Shown in pieces: positions 1 to 12,700 of a stretch of DNA of 64,000 nucleotides. The notes under the pieces are model-generated. The model was not told where the DNA came from. It saw only the letters and a program-made list of their open reading frames with translations, and ran no database searches. How positions within the stretch are numbered: the first letter of the stretch is position 1; the number at the start of each line of letters is the position of its first letter. Both the position numbers and the translations under genes were made by a program. Location: NCBI GenBank assembly GCA_964016885.1, contig OZ024759.1:24056001-24120000 (forward strand), in the 5' to 3' direction. This DNA is from Eledone cirrhosa (lineage: Eukaryota).

Positions 1-52
1 TGCTTTAACACTTTGAGCCCAGTTTACTTCGATATATCCCTATATATCTCTA

Positions 53-71
53 TTTTCCTTTTAACGGAAAA
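53..71. other. 6-bp inverted repeat with 7-nt spacer, present in most monomers
   Basis: TTTTCC-TTTTAAC-GGAAAA; shortened in the TATCTTCC variant monomers. Confidence 0.8.
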
Positions 72-137
72 CACCATGCTGTCTGGCTATCTCTCTCCCA
101 ATCTACCTCATACTCTCTACCACTTTTTGAGTAATCC

Positions 138-158
138 CTTGCTTGTCTTTCAAGCAAG
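138..158. other. Perfect 8-bp inverted repeat with 5-nt spacer, present in most monomers
   Basis: CTTGCTTG-TCTTT-CAAGCAAG; the arms are exact reverse complements. Confidence 0.9.
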
Positions 159-470
159 TTGGTCTTTGCTCCTATGGACGTATAAACCTTTACACTATCT
201 CATAACCATTCCTATATTCGTCTTTCCAAAACATGTGCTTTAACACTTTGAGCCCAGTTTACTTCGATATATCCCTATATATCTCTATTTTCCTTTTAAC
301 GGAAAACACCATGCTGTCTGGCTATCTCTCTCCCAATCTACCTCATACTCTCTACCACTTTTTGAGTAATCCCTTGCTTGTCTTTCAAGCAAGTTGGTCT
401 TTGCTCCTATGGACGTATAAACCTTTACACTATCTCATAACCATTCCTATATTCGTCTTTCCAAAACATG

Positions 471-706
471 TGCTTTAACACTTTGAGCCCAGTTTACTTC
501 GATATATCCCTATATATCTCTATTTTCCTTTTAACGGAAAACACCATGCTGTCTGGCTCACTCCCTCCCTTATCTACCTCATGCGATCTACCTCTTTTTG
601 AGTAATCCCTTGCTTGTCTTTCAAGCAAGTTGGTCTTTACTCCTATGGACGTATAAACCTTTACACTATCTCATAACCATTCCTATATTCATCTTTCCAA
701 GTCATG
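471..706 (+). repeat. Representative B-type monomer (236 bp)
   Basis: Carries GGCTCACTC(C/T)CTCCCTTATCTACCTCATGCGATCTAC in place of the A segment: clustered substitutions and +1 bp. About 23 copies in 1-21300 and about 13 in 54500-63400. Confidence 0.95.
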
Positions 707-3700
707 TGCTTTCACACTTTGAGCCCAGTTTACTTCGATATATCCCTATATATCTCTATTTTCCTTTTAACGGAAAACACCATGCTGTCTGGCTATCTCT
801 CTCCCAATCTACCTCATACTCTGTACCACTTTTTGAGTAATCCCTTGCTTGTCTTTCAAGCAAGTTGGTCTTTACTCCTATGGACGTATAAACCTTTACA
901 CTATCTCATAACCATTCCTATATTCGTCTTTCCAAAACATGTGCTTTAACACTTTGAGCCCAGTTTACTTCGATATATCCCTATATATCTCTATTTTCCT
1001 TTTAACGGAAAACACCATGCTGTCTGGCTCACTCTCTCCCTTATCTACCTCATGCGATCTACCTCTTTTTGAGTAATCCCTTGCTTGTCTTTCAAGCAAG
1101 TTGGTCTTTGCTCCTATGGACGTATAAACCTTTACACTATCTCATAATCATTCCTATATTCGTCTTTCCAAGTCATGTGCTTTCACACTTTGAGCCCAGT
1201 TTACTTCGATATATCTCTATATATCTCTATTTTCCTTTTAACGGAAAACACCATGCTGTCTGGCTATCTCTCTCCCAATCTACCTCATACTCTCTACCTC
1301 TTTTTGAGTAATCCCTTGCTTGTCTTTCAAGCAAGTTGGTCTTTACTCCTATGGACGTATAAACCTTTACACTATCTCATAACCATTCCTATATTCGTCT
1401 TTCCAAGTCATGTGCTTTCACACTTTGAGCCCAGTTTACTTCGATATATCTCTATATATCTCTATTTTCCTTTTAACGGAAAACACCATGCTGTCTGGCT
1501 ATGTCTCTCCCAATCTACCTCATACTCTCTACCACTTTTTGAGTAATCCCTTGCTTGTCTTTCAAGCAAGTTGGTCTTTGCTCCTATGGACGTATAAACC
1601 TTTACACTATCTCATAACCATTCCTATATTCGTCTTTCCAAAACATGTGCTTTAACACTTTGAGCCCAGTTTACTTCGATATATCCCTATATATCTCTAT
1701 TTTCCTTTTAACGGAAAACACCATGCTGTCTGGCTATCTCTCTCCCAATCTACCTCATACTCTCTACCACTTTTTGAGTAATCCCTTGCTTGTCTTTCAA
1801 GCAAGTTGGTCTTTGCTCCTATGGACGTATAAACCTTTACACTATCTCATAACCATTCCTATATTCGTCTTTCCAAAACATGTGCTTTAACACTTTGAGC
1901 CCAGTTTACTTCGATATATCCCTATATATCTCTATTTTCCTTTTAACGGAAAACACCATGCTGTCTGGCTCACTCTCTCCCTTATCTACCTCATGCGATC
2001 TACCTCTTTTTGAGTAATCCCTTGCTTGTCTTTCAAGCAAGTTGGTCTTTACTCCTATGGACGTATAAACCTTTACACTATCTCATAACCATTCCTATAT
2101 TCGTCTTTCCAAGTCATGTGCTTTCACACTTTGAGCCCAGTTTACTTCGATATATCCCTATATATCTCTATTTTCCTTTTAACGGAAAACACCATGCTGT
2201 CTGGCTATCTCTCTCCCAATCTACCTCATACTCTCTACCACTTTTTGAGTAATCCCTTGCTTGTCTTTCAAGCAAGTTGGTCTTTACTCCTATGGACGTA
2301 TATACCTTTACACTATCTCATAACCATTCCTATATTCGTCTTTCCAAGTCATGTGCTTTAACACTTTGAGCCCAGTTTACTTCGATATATCTCTATATAT
2401 CTCTATTTTCCTTTTAACGGAAAACACCATGCTGTCTGGCTATCTCTCTCCCAATCTACCTCATACTCTCTACCACTTTTTGAGTAATCCCTTGCTTGTC
2501 TTTCAAGCAAGTTGGTCTTTACTCCTATGGACGTATAAACCTTTACACTATCTCATAACCATTCCTATATTCGTCTTTCCAAAACATGTGCTTTAACACT
2601 TTGAGCCCAGTTTACTTCGATATATCCCTATACATCTCTATTTTCCTTTTAACGGAAAACACCATGCTGTCTGGCTCTCTCTCTCCCTTATCTACCTCAT
2701 GCGATCTACCTCTTTTTGAGTAATTCCTTGCTTGTCTTTCAAGCAAGTTGGTCATTACTCCTATGGACGTATAAACCTTTACGCTATCTCATAATCACTC
2801 CTATATTGGTCTTTCCAAGTCATGTGCTTTAACACTTTGATCCCAGTTTACTTCCATATATCCCTATATATCTCTATTTTCCTTTTAACGGAAAACACCT
2901 TGCTGTCTGGCTATCTCTCTCCCAATCTACCTCATACTCTCTACCTCTTTTTGAGTAATCCCTTGCTTGTCTTTCAAGCAAGTTGGTCTTTACTCCCATG
3001 GACGTATAAACCTTTACACTATCTCATAACCATTCCTATATTCGTCTTTCCAAAACATGTGCTTTAACACTTTGAGCCCAGTTTACTTCGATATATCTCT
3101 ATATATCTCTATTTTCCTTTTAACGGAAAACACCATGCTGTCTGGCTATCTCTCTCCCAATCTACCTCATACTCTCTACCACTTTTTGAGTAATCCCTTG
3201 CTTGTCTTTCAAGCAAGTTGGTCTTTGCTCCTATGGACGTATAAACCTTTACACTATCTCATAACCATTCCTATATTCGTCTTTCCAAAACATGTGCTTT
3301 AACACTTTGAGCCCAGTTTACTTCGATATATCCCTATATATCTCTATTTTCCTTTTAACGGAAAACACCATGCTGTCTGGCCCACTCTCTCCCTTATCTA
3401 CCTCATGCGATCTACCTCTTTTTGAGTAATCCCTTGCTTGTCTTTCAAGCAAGTTGGTCTTTGCTCCTATGGACGTATAAACCTTTACACTATCTCATAA
3501 TCATTCCTATATTCGTCTTTCCAAGTCATGTGCTTTCACACTTTGAGCCCAGTTTACTTCGATATATCTCTATATATCTCTATTTTCCTTTTAACGGAAA
3601 ACACCATGCTGTCTGGCTATCTCTCTCCCAATCTACCTCATACTCTCTACCTCTTTTTGAGTAATCCCTTGCTTGGCTTTCAAGCAAGTTGGTCTTTACT

Positions 3701-6700
3701 CCTATGGACGTATAAACCTTTACACTATCTCATAACCATTCCTATATTCGTCTTTCCAAGTCATGTGCTTTCACACTTTGAGCCCAGTTTACTTCGATAT
3801 ATCTCTATATATCTCTATTTTCCTTTTAACGGAAAACACCATGCTGTCTGGCTATCTCTCTCCCAATCTACCTCATACTCTCTACCACTTTTTGAGTAAT
3901 CCCTTGCTTGTCTTTCAAGCAAGTTGGTCTTTGCTCCTATGGACGTATAAACCTTTACACTATCTCATAACCATTCCTATATTCGTCTTTCCAAAACATG
4001 TGCTTTAACACTTTGAGCCCAGTTTACTTCGATATATCCCTATATATCTCTATTTTCCTTTTAACGGAAAACACCATGCTGTCTGGCTATCTCTCTCCCA
4101 ATCTACCTCATACTCTCTACCACTTTTTGAGTAATCCCTTGCTTGTCTTTCAAGCAAGTTGGTCTTTGCTCCTATGGACGTATAAACCTTTACACTATCT
4201 CATAACCATTCCTATATTCGTCTTTCCAAAACATGTGCTTTAACACTTTGAGCCCAGTTTACTTCGATATATCCCTATATATCTCTATTTTCCTTTTAAC
4301 GGAAAACACCATGCTGTCTGGCTATCTCTCTCCCAATCTACCTCATACTCTCTACCACTTTTTGAGTAATCCCTTGCTTGTCTTTCAAGCAAGTTGGTCT
4401 TTGCTCCTATGGACGTATAAACCTTTACACTATCTCATAACCATTCCTATATTCGTCTTTCCAAAACATGTGCTTTAACACTTTGAGCCCAGTTTACTTC
4501 GATATATCCCTATATATCTCTATTTTCCTTTTAACGGAAAACACCATGCTGTCTGGCTATCTCTCTCCCAATCTACCTCATACTCTCTACCACTTTTTGA
4601 GTAATCCCTTGCTTGTCTTTCAAGCAAGTTGGTCTTTGCTCCTATGGACGTATAAACCTTTACACTATCTCATAACCATTCCTATATTCGTCTTTCCAAA
4701 ACATGTGCTTTAACACTTTGAGCCCAGTTTACTTCGATATATCCCTATATATCTCTATTTTCCTTTTAACGGAAAACACCATGCTGTCTGGCTCACTCCC
4801 TCCCTTATCTACCTCATGCGATCTACCTCTTTTTGAGTAATCCCTTGCTTGTCTTTCAAGCAAGTTGGTCTTTACTCCTATGGACGTATAAACCTTTACA
4901 CTATCTCATAACCATTCCTATATTCATCTTTCCAAGTCATGTGCTTTCACACTTTGAGCCCAGTTTACTTCGATATATCCCTATATATCTCTATTTTCCT
5001 TTTAACGGAAAACACCATGCTGTCTGGCTATCTCTCTCCCAATCTACCTCATACTCTGTACCACTTTTTGAGTAATCCCTTGCTTGTCTTTCAAGCAAGT
5101 TGGTCTTTACTCCTATGGACGTATAAACCTTTACACTATCTCATAACCATTCCTATATTCGTCTTTCCAAAACATGTGCTTTAACACTTTGAGCCCAGTT
5201 TACTTCGATATATCCCTATATATCTCTATTTTCCTTTTAACGGAAAACACCATGCTGTCTGGCTCACTCTCTCCCTTATCTACCTCATGCGATCTACCTC
5301 TTTTTGAGTAATCCCTTGCTTGTCTTTCAAGCAAGTTGGTCTTTGCTCCTATGGACGTATAAACCTTTACACTATCTCATAATCATTCCTATATTCGTCT
5401 TTCCAAGTCATGTGCTTTCACACTTTGAGCCCAGTTTACTTCGATATATCTCTATATATCTCTATTTTCCTTTTAACGGAAAACACCATGCTGTCTGGCT
5501 ATCTCTCTCCCAATCTACCTCATACTCTCTACCTCTTTTTGAGTAATCCCTTGCTTGTCTTTCAAGCAAGTTGGTCTTTACTCCTATGGACGTATAAACC
5601 TTTACACTATCTCATAACCATTCCTATATTCGTCTTTCCAAGTCATGTGCTTTCACACTTTGAGCCCAGTTTACTTCGATATATCTCTATATATCTCTAT
5701 TTTCCTTTTAACGGAAAACACCATGCTGTCTGGCTATGTCTCTCCCAATCTACCTCATACTCTCTACCACTTTTTGAGTAATCCCTTGCTTGTCTTTCAA
5801 GCAAGTTGGTCTTTGCTCCTATGGACGTATAAACCTTTACACTATCTCATAACCATTCCTATATTCGTCTTTCCAAAACATGTGCTTTAACACTTTGAGC
5901 CCAGTTTACTTCGATATATCCCTATATATCTCTATTTTCCTTTTAACGGAAAACACCATGCTGTCTGGCTATCTCTCTCCCAATCTACCTCATACTCTCT
6001 ACCACTTTTTGAGTAATCCCTTGCTTGTCTTTCAAGCAAGTTGGTCTTTGCTCCTATGGACGTATAAACCTTTACACTATCTCATAACCATTCCTATATT
6101 CGTCTTTCCAAAACATGTGCTTTAACACTTTGAGCCCAGTTTACTTCGATATATCCCTATATATCTCTATTTTCCTTTTAACGGAAAACACCATGCTGTC
6201 TGGCTCACTCTCTCCCTTATCTACCTCATGCGATCTACCTCTTTTTGAGTAATCCCTTGCTTGTCTTTCAAGCAAGTTGGTCTTTACTCCTATGGACGTA
6301 TAAACCTTTACACTATCTCATAACCATTCCTATATTCGTCTTTCCAAGTCATGTGCTTTCACACTTTGAGCCCAGTTTACTTCGATATATCCCTATATAT
6401 CTCTATTTTCCTTTTAACGGAAAACACCATGCTGTCTGGCTATCTCTCTCCCAATCTACCTCATACTCTCTACCACTTTTTGAGTAATCCCTTGCTTGTC
6501 TTTCAAGCAAGTTGGTCTTTACTCCTATGGACGTATATACCTTTACACTATCTCATAACCATTCCTATATTCGTCTTTCCAAGTCATGTGCTTTAACACT
6601 TTGAGCCCAGTTTACTTCGATATATCTCTATATATCTCTATTTTCCTTTTAACGGAAAACACCATGCTGTCTGGCTATCTCTCTCCCAATCTACCTCATA

Positions 6701-9700
6701 CTCTCTACCACTTTTTGAGTAATCCCTTGCTTGTCTTTCAAGCAAGTTGGTCTTTACTCCTATGGACGTATAAACCTTTACACTATCTCATAACCATTCC
6801 TATATTCGTCTTTCCAAAACATGTGCTTTAACACTTTGAGCCCAGTTTACTTCGATATATCCCTATACATCTCTATTTTCCTTTTAACGGAAAACACCAT
6901 GCTGTCTGGCTCTCTCTCTCCCTTATCTACCTCATGCGATCTACCTCTTTTTGAGTAATTCCTTGCTTGTCTTTCAAGCAAGTTGGTCATTACTCCTATG
7001 GACGTATAAACCTTTACGCTATCTCATAATCACTCCTATATTGGTCTTTCCAAGTCATGTGCTTTAACACTTTGATCCCAGTTTACTTCCATATATCCCT
7101 ATATATCTCTATTTTCCTTTTAACGGAAAACACCTTGCTGTCTGGCTATCTCTCTCCCAATCTACCTCATACTCTCTACCTCTTTTTGAGTAATCCCTTG
7201 CTTGTCTTTCAAGCAAGTTGGTCTTTACTCCCATGGACGTATAAACCTTTACACTATCTCATAACCATTCCTATATTCGTCTTTCCAAAACATGTGCTTT
7301 AACACTTTGAGCCCAGTTTACTTCGATATATCTCTATATATCTCTATTTTCCTTTTAACGGAAAACACCATGCTGTCTGGCTATCTCTCTCCCAATCTAC
7401 CTCATACTCTCTACCACTTTTTGAGTAATCCCTTGCTTGTCTTTCAAGCAAGTTGGTCTTTGCTCCTATGGACGTATAAACCTTTACACTATCTCATAAC
7501 CATTCCTATATTCGTCTTTCCAAAACATGTGCTTTAACACTTTGAGCCCAGTTTACTTCGATATATCCCTATATATCTCTATTTTCCTTTTAACGGAAAA
7601 CACCATGCTGTCTGGCCCACTCTCTCCCTTATCTACCTCATGCGATCTACCTCTTTTTGAGTAATCCCTTGCTTGTCTTTCAAGCAAGTTGGTCTTTGCT
7701 CCTATGGACGTATAAACCTTTACACTATCTCATAATCATTCCTATATTCGTCTTTCCAAGTCATGTGCTTTCACACTTTGAGCCCAGTTTACTTCGATAT
7801 ATCTCTATATATCTCTATTTTCCTTTTAACGGAAAACACCATGCTGTCTGGCTATCTCTCTCCCAATCTACCTCATACTCTCTACCTCTTTTTGAGTAAT
7901 CCCTTGCTTGGCTTTCAAGCAAGTTGGTCTTTACTCCTATGGACGTATAAACCTTTACACTATCTCATAACCATTCCTATATTCGTCTTTCCAAGTCATG
8001 TGCTTTCACACTTTGAGCCCAGTTTACTTCGATATATCTCTATATATCTCTATTTTCCTTTTAACGGAAAACACCATGCTGTCTGGCTATCTCTCTCCCA
8101 ATCTACCTCATACTCTCTACCACTTTTTGAGTAATCCCTTGCTTGTCTTTCAAGCAAGTTGGTCTTTGCTCCTATGGACGTATAAACCTTTACACTATCT
8201 CATAACCATTCCTATATTCGTCTTTCCAAAACATGTGCTTTAACACTTTGAGCCCAGTTTACTTCGATATATCCCTATATATCTCTATTTTCCTTTTAAC
8301 GGAAAACACCATGCTGTCTGGCTATCTCTCTCCCAATCTACCTCATACTCTCTACCACTTTTTGAGTAATCCCTTGCTTGTCTTTCAAGCAAGTTGGTCT
8401 TTGCTCCTATGGACGTATAAACCTTTACACTATCTCATAACCATTCCTATATTCGTCTTTCCAAAACATGTGCTTTAACACTTTGAGCCCAGTTTACTTC
8501 GATATATCCCTATATATCTCTATTTTCCTTTTAACGGAAAACACCATGCTGTCTGGCTCACTCCCTCCCTTATCTACCTCATGCGATCTACCTCTTTTTG
8601 AGTAATCCCTTGCTTGTCTTTCAAGCAAGTTGGTCTTTACTCCTATGGACGTATAAACCTTTACACTATCTCATAACCATTCCTATATTCATCTTTCCAA
8701 GTCATGTGCTTTCACACTTTGAGCCCAGTTTACTTCGATATATCCCTATATATCTCTATTTTCCTTTTAACGGAAAACACCATGCTGTCTGGCTATCTCT
8801 CTCCCAATCTACCTCATACTCTCTACCACTTTTTGAGTAATCCCTTGCTTGTCTTTCAAGCAAGTTGGTCTTTACTCCTATGGACGTATAAACCTTTACA
8901 CTATCTCATAACCATTCCTATATTCGTCTTTCCAAAACATGTGCTTTAACACTTTGAGCCCAGTTTACTTCGATATATCCCTATATATCTCTATTTTCCT
9001 TTTAACGGAAAACACCATGCTGTCTGGCTCACTCTCTCCCTTATCTACCTCATGCGATCTACCTCTTTTTGAGTAATCCCTTGCTTGTCTTTCAAGCAAG
9101 TTGGTCTTTACTCCTATGGACGTATAAACTTTTACACTATCTCATAACCATTCCTATATTCGTCTTTCCAAGTCATGTGCTTTCACACTTTGAGCCCAGT
9201 TTACTTCGATATATCTCTATATATCTCTATCTTCCTTTTAACGGAAAACACCATGCTGTCTGGCTATCTCTCACCCAATCTACCTCATACTCTCTACCTC
9301 TTTTTGAGTACTCCCTTGCTTGTCTTTCAAGCAAGTTGGTCTTTACTCCTATGGACGTATAAACCTTTACACTATCTCATAACCATTCCTATATTCGTCT
9401 TTCCAAGTCATGTGCTTTCACACTTTGAGCCCAGTTTACTTCGATATATCCCTATATATCTCTATTTTCCTTTTAACGGAAAACACCATGCTGTCTGGCT
9501 ATCTCTCTCCCAATCTACCTCATACTCTCTACCTCTTTTTGAGTAATCCCTTGCTTGTCTTTCAAGCAAGTTGGTCTTTACTCCTATGGACGTATAAACC
9601 TTTACACTATCTCATAACCATTCCTATATTCGTCTTTCCAAGTCATGTGCTTTCACACTTTGAGCCCAGTTTACTTCGATATATCTCTATATATCTCTAT

Positions 9701-12700
9701 TTTCCTTTTAACGGAAAACACCATGCTGTCTGGCTATCTCTCTCCCAATCTACCTCATACTCTCTACAACTTTTTGAGTAATCCCTTGCTTGTCTTTGAA
9801 GCAAGTTGGTCTTTACTCCTATGGACGTATAAACCTTTACACTATCTCATAACCATTCCTATATTCGTCTTTCCAAAACATGTGCTTTAACACTTTGAGC
9901 CCAGTTTACTTCGATATATCCCTATACATCTCTATTTTCCTTTTAACGGAAAACACCATGCTGTCTGGCTCTCTCTCTCCCTTATCTACCTCATGCGATC
10001 TACCTCTTTTTGAGTAATTCCTTGCTTGTCTTTCAAGCAAGTTGGTCATTACTCCTATGGACGTATAAACCTTTACGCTATCTCATAATCACTCCTATAT
10101 TGGTCTTTCCAAGTCATGTGCTTTAACACTTTGATCCCAGTTTACTTCGATATATCCCTATATATCTCTATTTTCCTTTTAACGGAAAACACCATGCTGT
10201 CTGGCCCACTCTCTCCCTTATCTACCTCATGCGATCTACCTCTTTTTGAGTAATCCCTTGCTTGTCTTTCAAGCAAGTTGGTCTTTGCTCCTATGGACGT
10301 ATAAACCTTTACACTATCTCATAATCATTCCTATATTCGTCTTTCCAAGTCATGTGCTTTCACACTTTGAGCCCAGTTTACTTCGATATATCTCTATATA
10401 TCTCTATTTTCCTTTTAACGGAAAACACCATGCTGTCTGGCTATCTCTCTCCCAATCTACCTCATACTCTCTACCACTTTTTGAGTAATCCCTTGCTTGT
10501 CTTTCAAGCAAGTTGGTCTTTGCTCCTATGGACGTATAAACCTTTACACTATCTCATAACCATTCCTATATTCGTCTTTCCAAAACATGTGCTTTAACAC
10601 TTTGAGCCCAGTTTACTTCGATATATCCCTATATATCTCTATTTTCCTTTTAACGGAAAACACCATGCTGTCTGGCTCACTCTCTCCCTTATCTACCTCA
10701 TGCGATCTACCTCTTTTTGAGTAATCCCTTGCTTGTCTTTCAAGCAAGTTGGTCTTTACTCCTATGGACGTATAAACTTTTACACTATCTCATAACCATT
10801 CCTATATTCGTCTTTCCAAGTCATGTGCTTTCACACTTTGAGCCCAGTTTACTTCGATATATCTCTATATATCTCTATCTTCCTTTTAACGGAAAACACC
10901 ATGCTGTCTGGCTATCTCTCACCCAATCTACCTCATACTCTCTACCTCTTTTTGAGTAATCCCTTGCTTGTCTTTCAAGCAAGTTGGTCTTTACTCCTAT
11001 GGACGTATAAACCTTCACACTATCTCATAACCATTCCTATATTCGTCTTTCCAAGTCATGTGCTTTCACACTTTGAGCCCAGTTTACTTCGATATATCCC
11101 TATATATCTCTATTTTCCTTTTAACGGAAAACACCATGCTGTCTGGCTATCTCTCTCCCAATCTACCTCATACTCTCTACCTCTTTTTGAGTAATCCCTT
11201 GCTTGTCTTTCAAGCAAGTTGGTATTTACTCCTATGGACGTATAAACCTTTACACTATCTCATAACCATTCCTATATTCGTCTTTCCAAGTCATGTGCTT
11301 TCACACTTTGAGCCCAGTTTACTTCGATATATCTCTATATATCTCTATTTTCCTTTTAACGGAAAACACCATGCTGTCTGGCTCTCTCTCTCCCTTATCT
11401 ACCTCATGCGATCTACCTCTTTTTGAGTAATTCCTTGCTTGTCTTTCAAGCAAGTTGGTCATTACTCCTATGGACGTATAAACCTTTACGCTATCTCATA
11501 ACCACTCCTATATTCGTCTTTCCAAGTCATGTGCTTTAACACTTTGAGCCCAGTTTACTTCGATATATCCCTATATATCTCTATTTTCCTTTTAACGCAA
11601 AACACCTTGCTGTCTGGCTATCTCTCTCCCAATCTACCTCATACACTCTACCTCTTTTTGAGTAATCCCTTGGTTGTCTTTCAAGCAAGTTGGTCTTTAC
11701 TCCTATGGACGTATAAACCTTTACACTATCTCATAACCATTCCTATATTCGTCTTTCCAAAACATGTGCTTTAACACTTTGAGCCCAGTTTACTTCGATA
11801 TATCCCTATATATCTCTATTTTCCTTTTAACGGAAAACACCATGCTGTCTGGCTCACTCTCTCGCTTATCTACCTCATGCGATCTACCTCTTTTTGAGTA
11901 ATCCCTTGCTTGTCTTTCAAGCAAGTTGGTCTTTACTCCTATGGACGTATAAACTTTTACACTATCTCATAACCATTCCTATATTCGTCTTTCCAAGTCA
12001 TGTGCTTTCACACTTTGAGCCCAGTTTACTTCGATATATCCCTATATATCTCTATTTTCCTTTTAACGGAAAACACCATGCTGTCTGGCTATCTCTCTCC
12101 CAATCTACCTCATACTCTCTACCTCTTTTTGAGTAATCCCTTGCTTGTCTTTCAAGCAAGTTGGTCTTTACTCCTATGGACGTATAAACCTTTACACTAT
12201 CTCATAACCATTCCTATATTCGTCTTTCCAAAACATGTGCTTTAACACTTTGAGCCCAGTTTACTTCGATATATCCCTATATATCTCTATTTTCCTTTTA
12301 ACGGAAAACACCATGCTGTCTGGCTCTCTCTCTCCCTTATCTACCTCATGCGATCTACCTCTTTTTGAGTAATTCCTTGCTTGTCTTTCAAGCAAGTTGG
12401 TCATTACTCCTATGGACGTATAAACCTTTACGCTATCGCATAACCACTCCTATATTGGTCTTTCCAAGTCATGTGCTTTAACACTTTGATCCCAGTTTAC
12501 TTCGATATATCCCTATATATCTCTATTTTCCTTTTAACGGAAAAAACCTTGCTGTCTGGCTATCTCTCTCCCAATCTACCTCATACTCTCTACCTCTTTT
12601 TGAGTAATCCCTTGCTTGTCTTTCAAGCAAGTTGGTCTTTACTCCTATGGACGTATAAACCTTTACACTATCTCATAACCATTCCTATATTCGTCTTTCC

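Larger units (their letters stand above)
1..235 (+). repeat. Representative A-type monomer (235 bp)
   Basis: Sequence 1-235 repeats exactly from 236. Diagnostic segment GGCTATCTCTCTCCCAATCTACCTCATACTCTCTAC. Confidence 0.98.
1..8550 (+). repeat. Higher-order duplication, period 4235 bp (18 monomers = 16-mer core plus two extra identical A monomers)
   Basis: Private variants recur at +4235: CTGTACC ~821/5056, GGCTATGTC ~1497/5732, TATACCTTT ~2301/6536, TGATCCCAG..TTCCATA ~2838/7073, CTTGGCTTT ~3672/7907. A partial third copy starts ~8236, 3765 bp (16 monomers) after the second. Confidence 0.93.

Noticed and set aside
54-70. CENP-B-box-like motif TTTCCTTTTAACGGAAA and pJ-alpha-like TTCCTTTT...CACCAT
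   Set aside because: The required core TTCG-N4-A-N2-CGGG is not met (TTCC, CGGA, spacing 1 nt short). The pJ-alpha resemblance needs a large gap. Likely chance.
1-235. Identity with mouse major satellite (234 bp)
   Set aside because: Only the length is similar. The GAAAA(C/A)TGA-type short subrepeats and the recalled consensus of mouse major satellite are not present on either strand.
1-235. Satellite-encoded hammerhead ribozyme as in newt, schistosome and cricket satellites
   Set aside because: No CTGANGA core on the + strand and no TCNTCAG (minus-strand core) in the consensus. An Infernal/Rfam scan would be the formal test.
1-235. 5S rDNA, tRNA, snRNA or spliced-leader tandem gene array; TATA-like TATAAA at 181
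   Set aside because: No recognisable 5S, tRNA or snRNA sequence, Pol III A/B boxes or cloverleaf on either strand. A lone TATAAA in AT-rich repeat is not evidence of a promoter.
233-8949. Exactly 8000-bp offset between the first and third copies of the left unit
   Set aside because: It equals 34 x 235 plus 10 extra bases from B monomers. The copies differ (CTGTAC ~821 vs CTCTAC ~8821), so it is a numerical coincidence rather than an artefact or signal.
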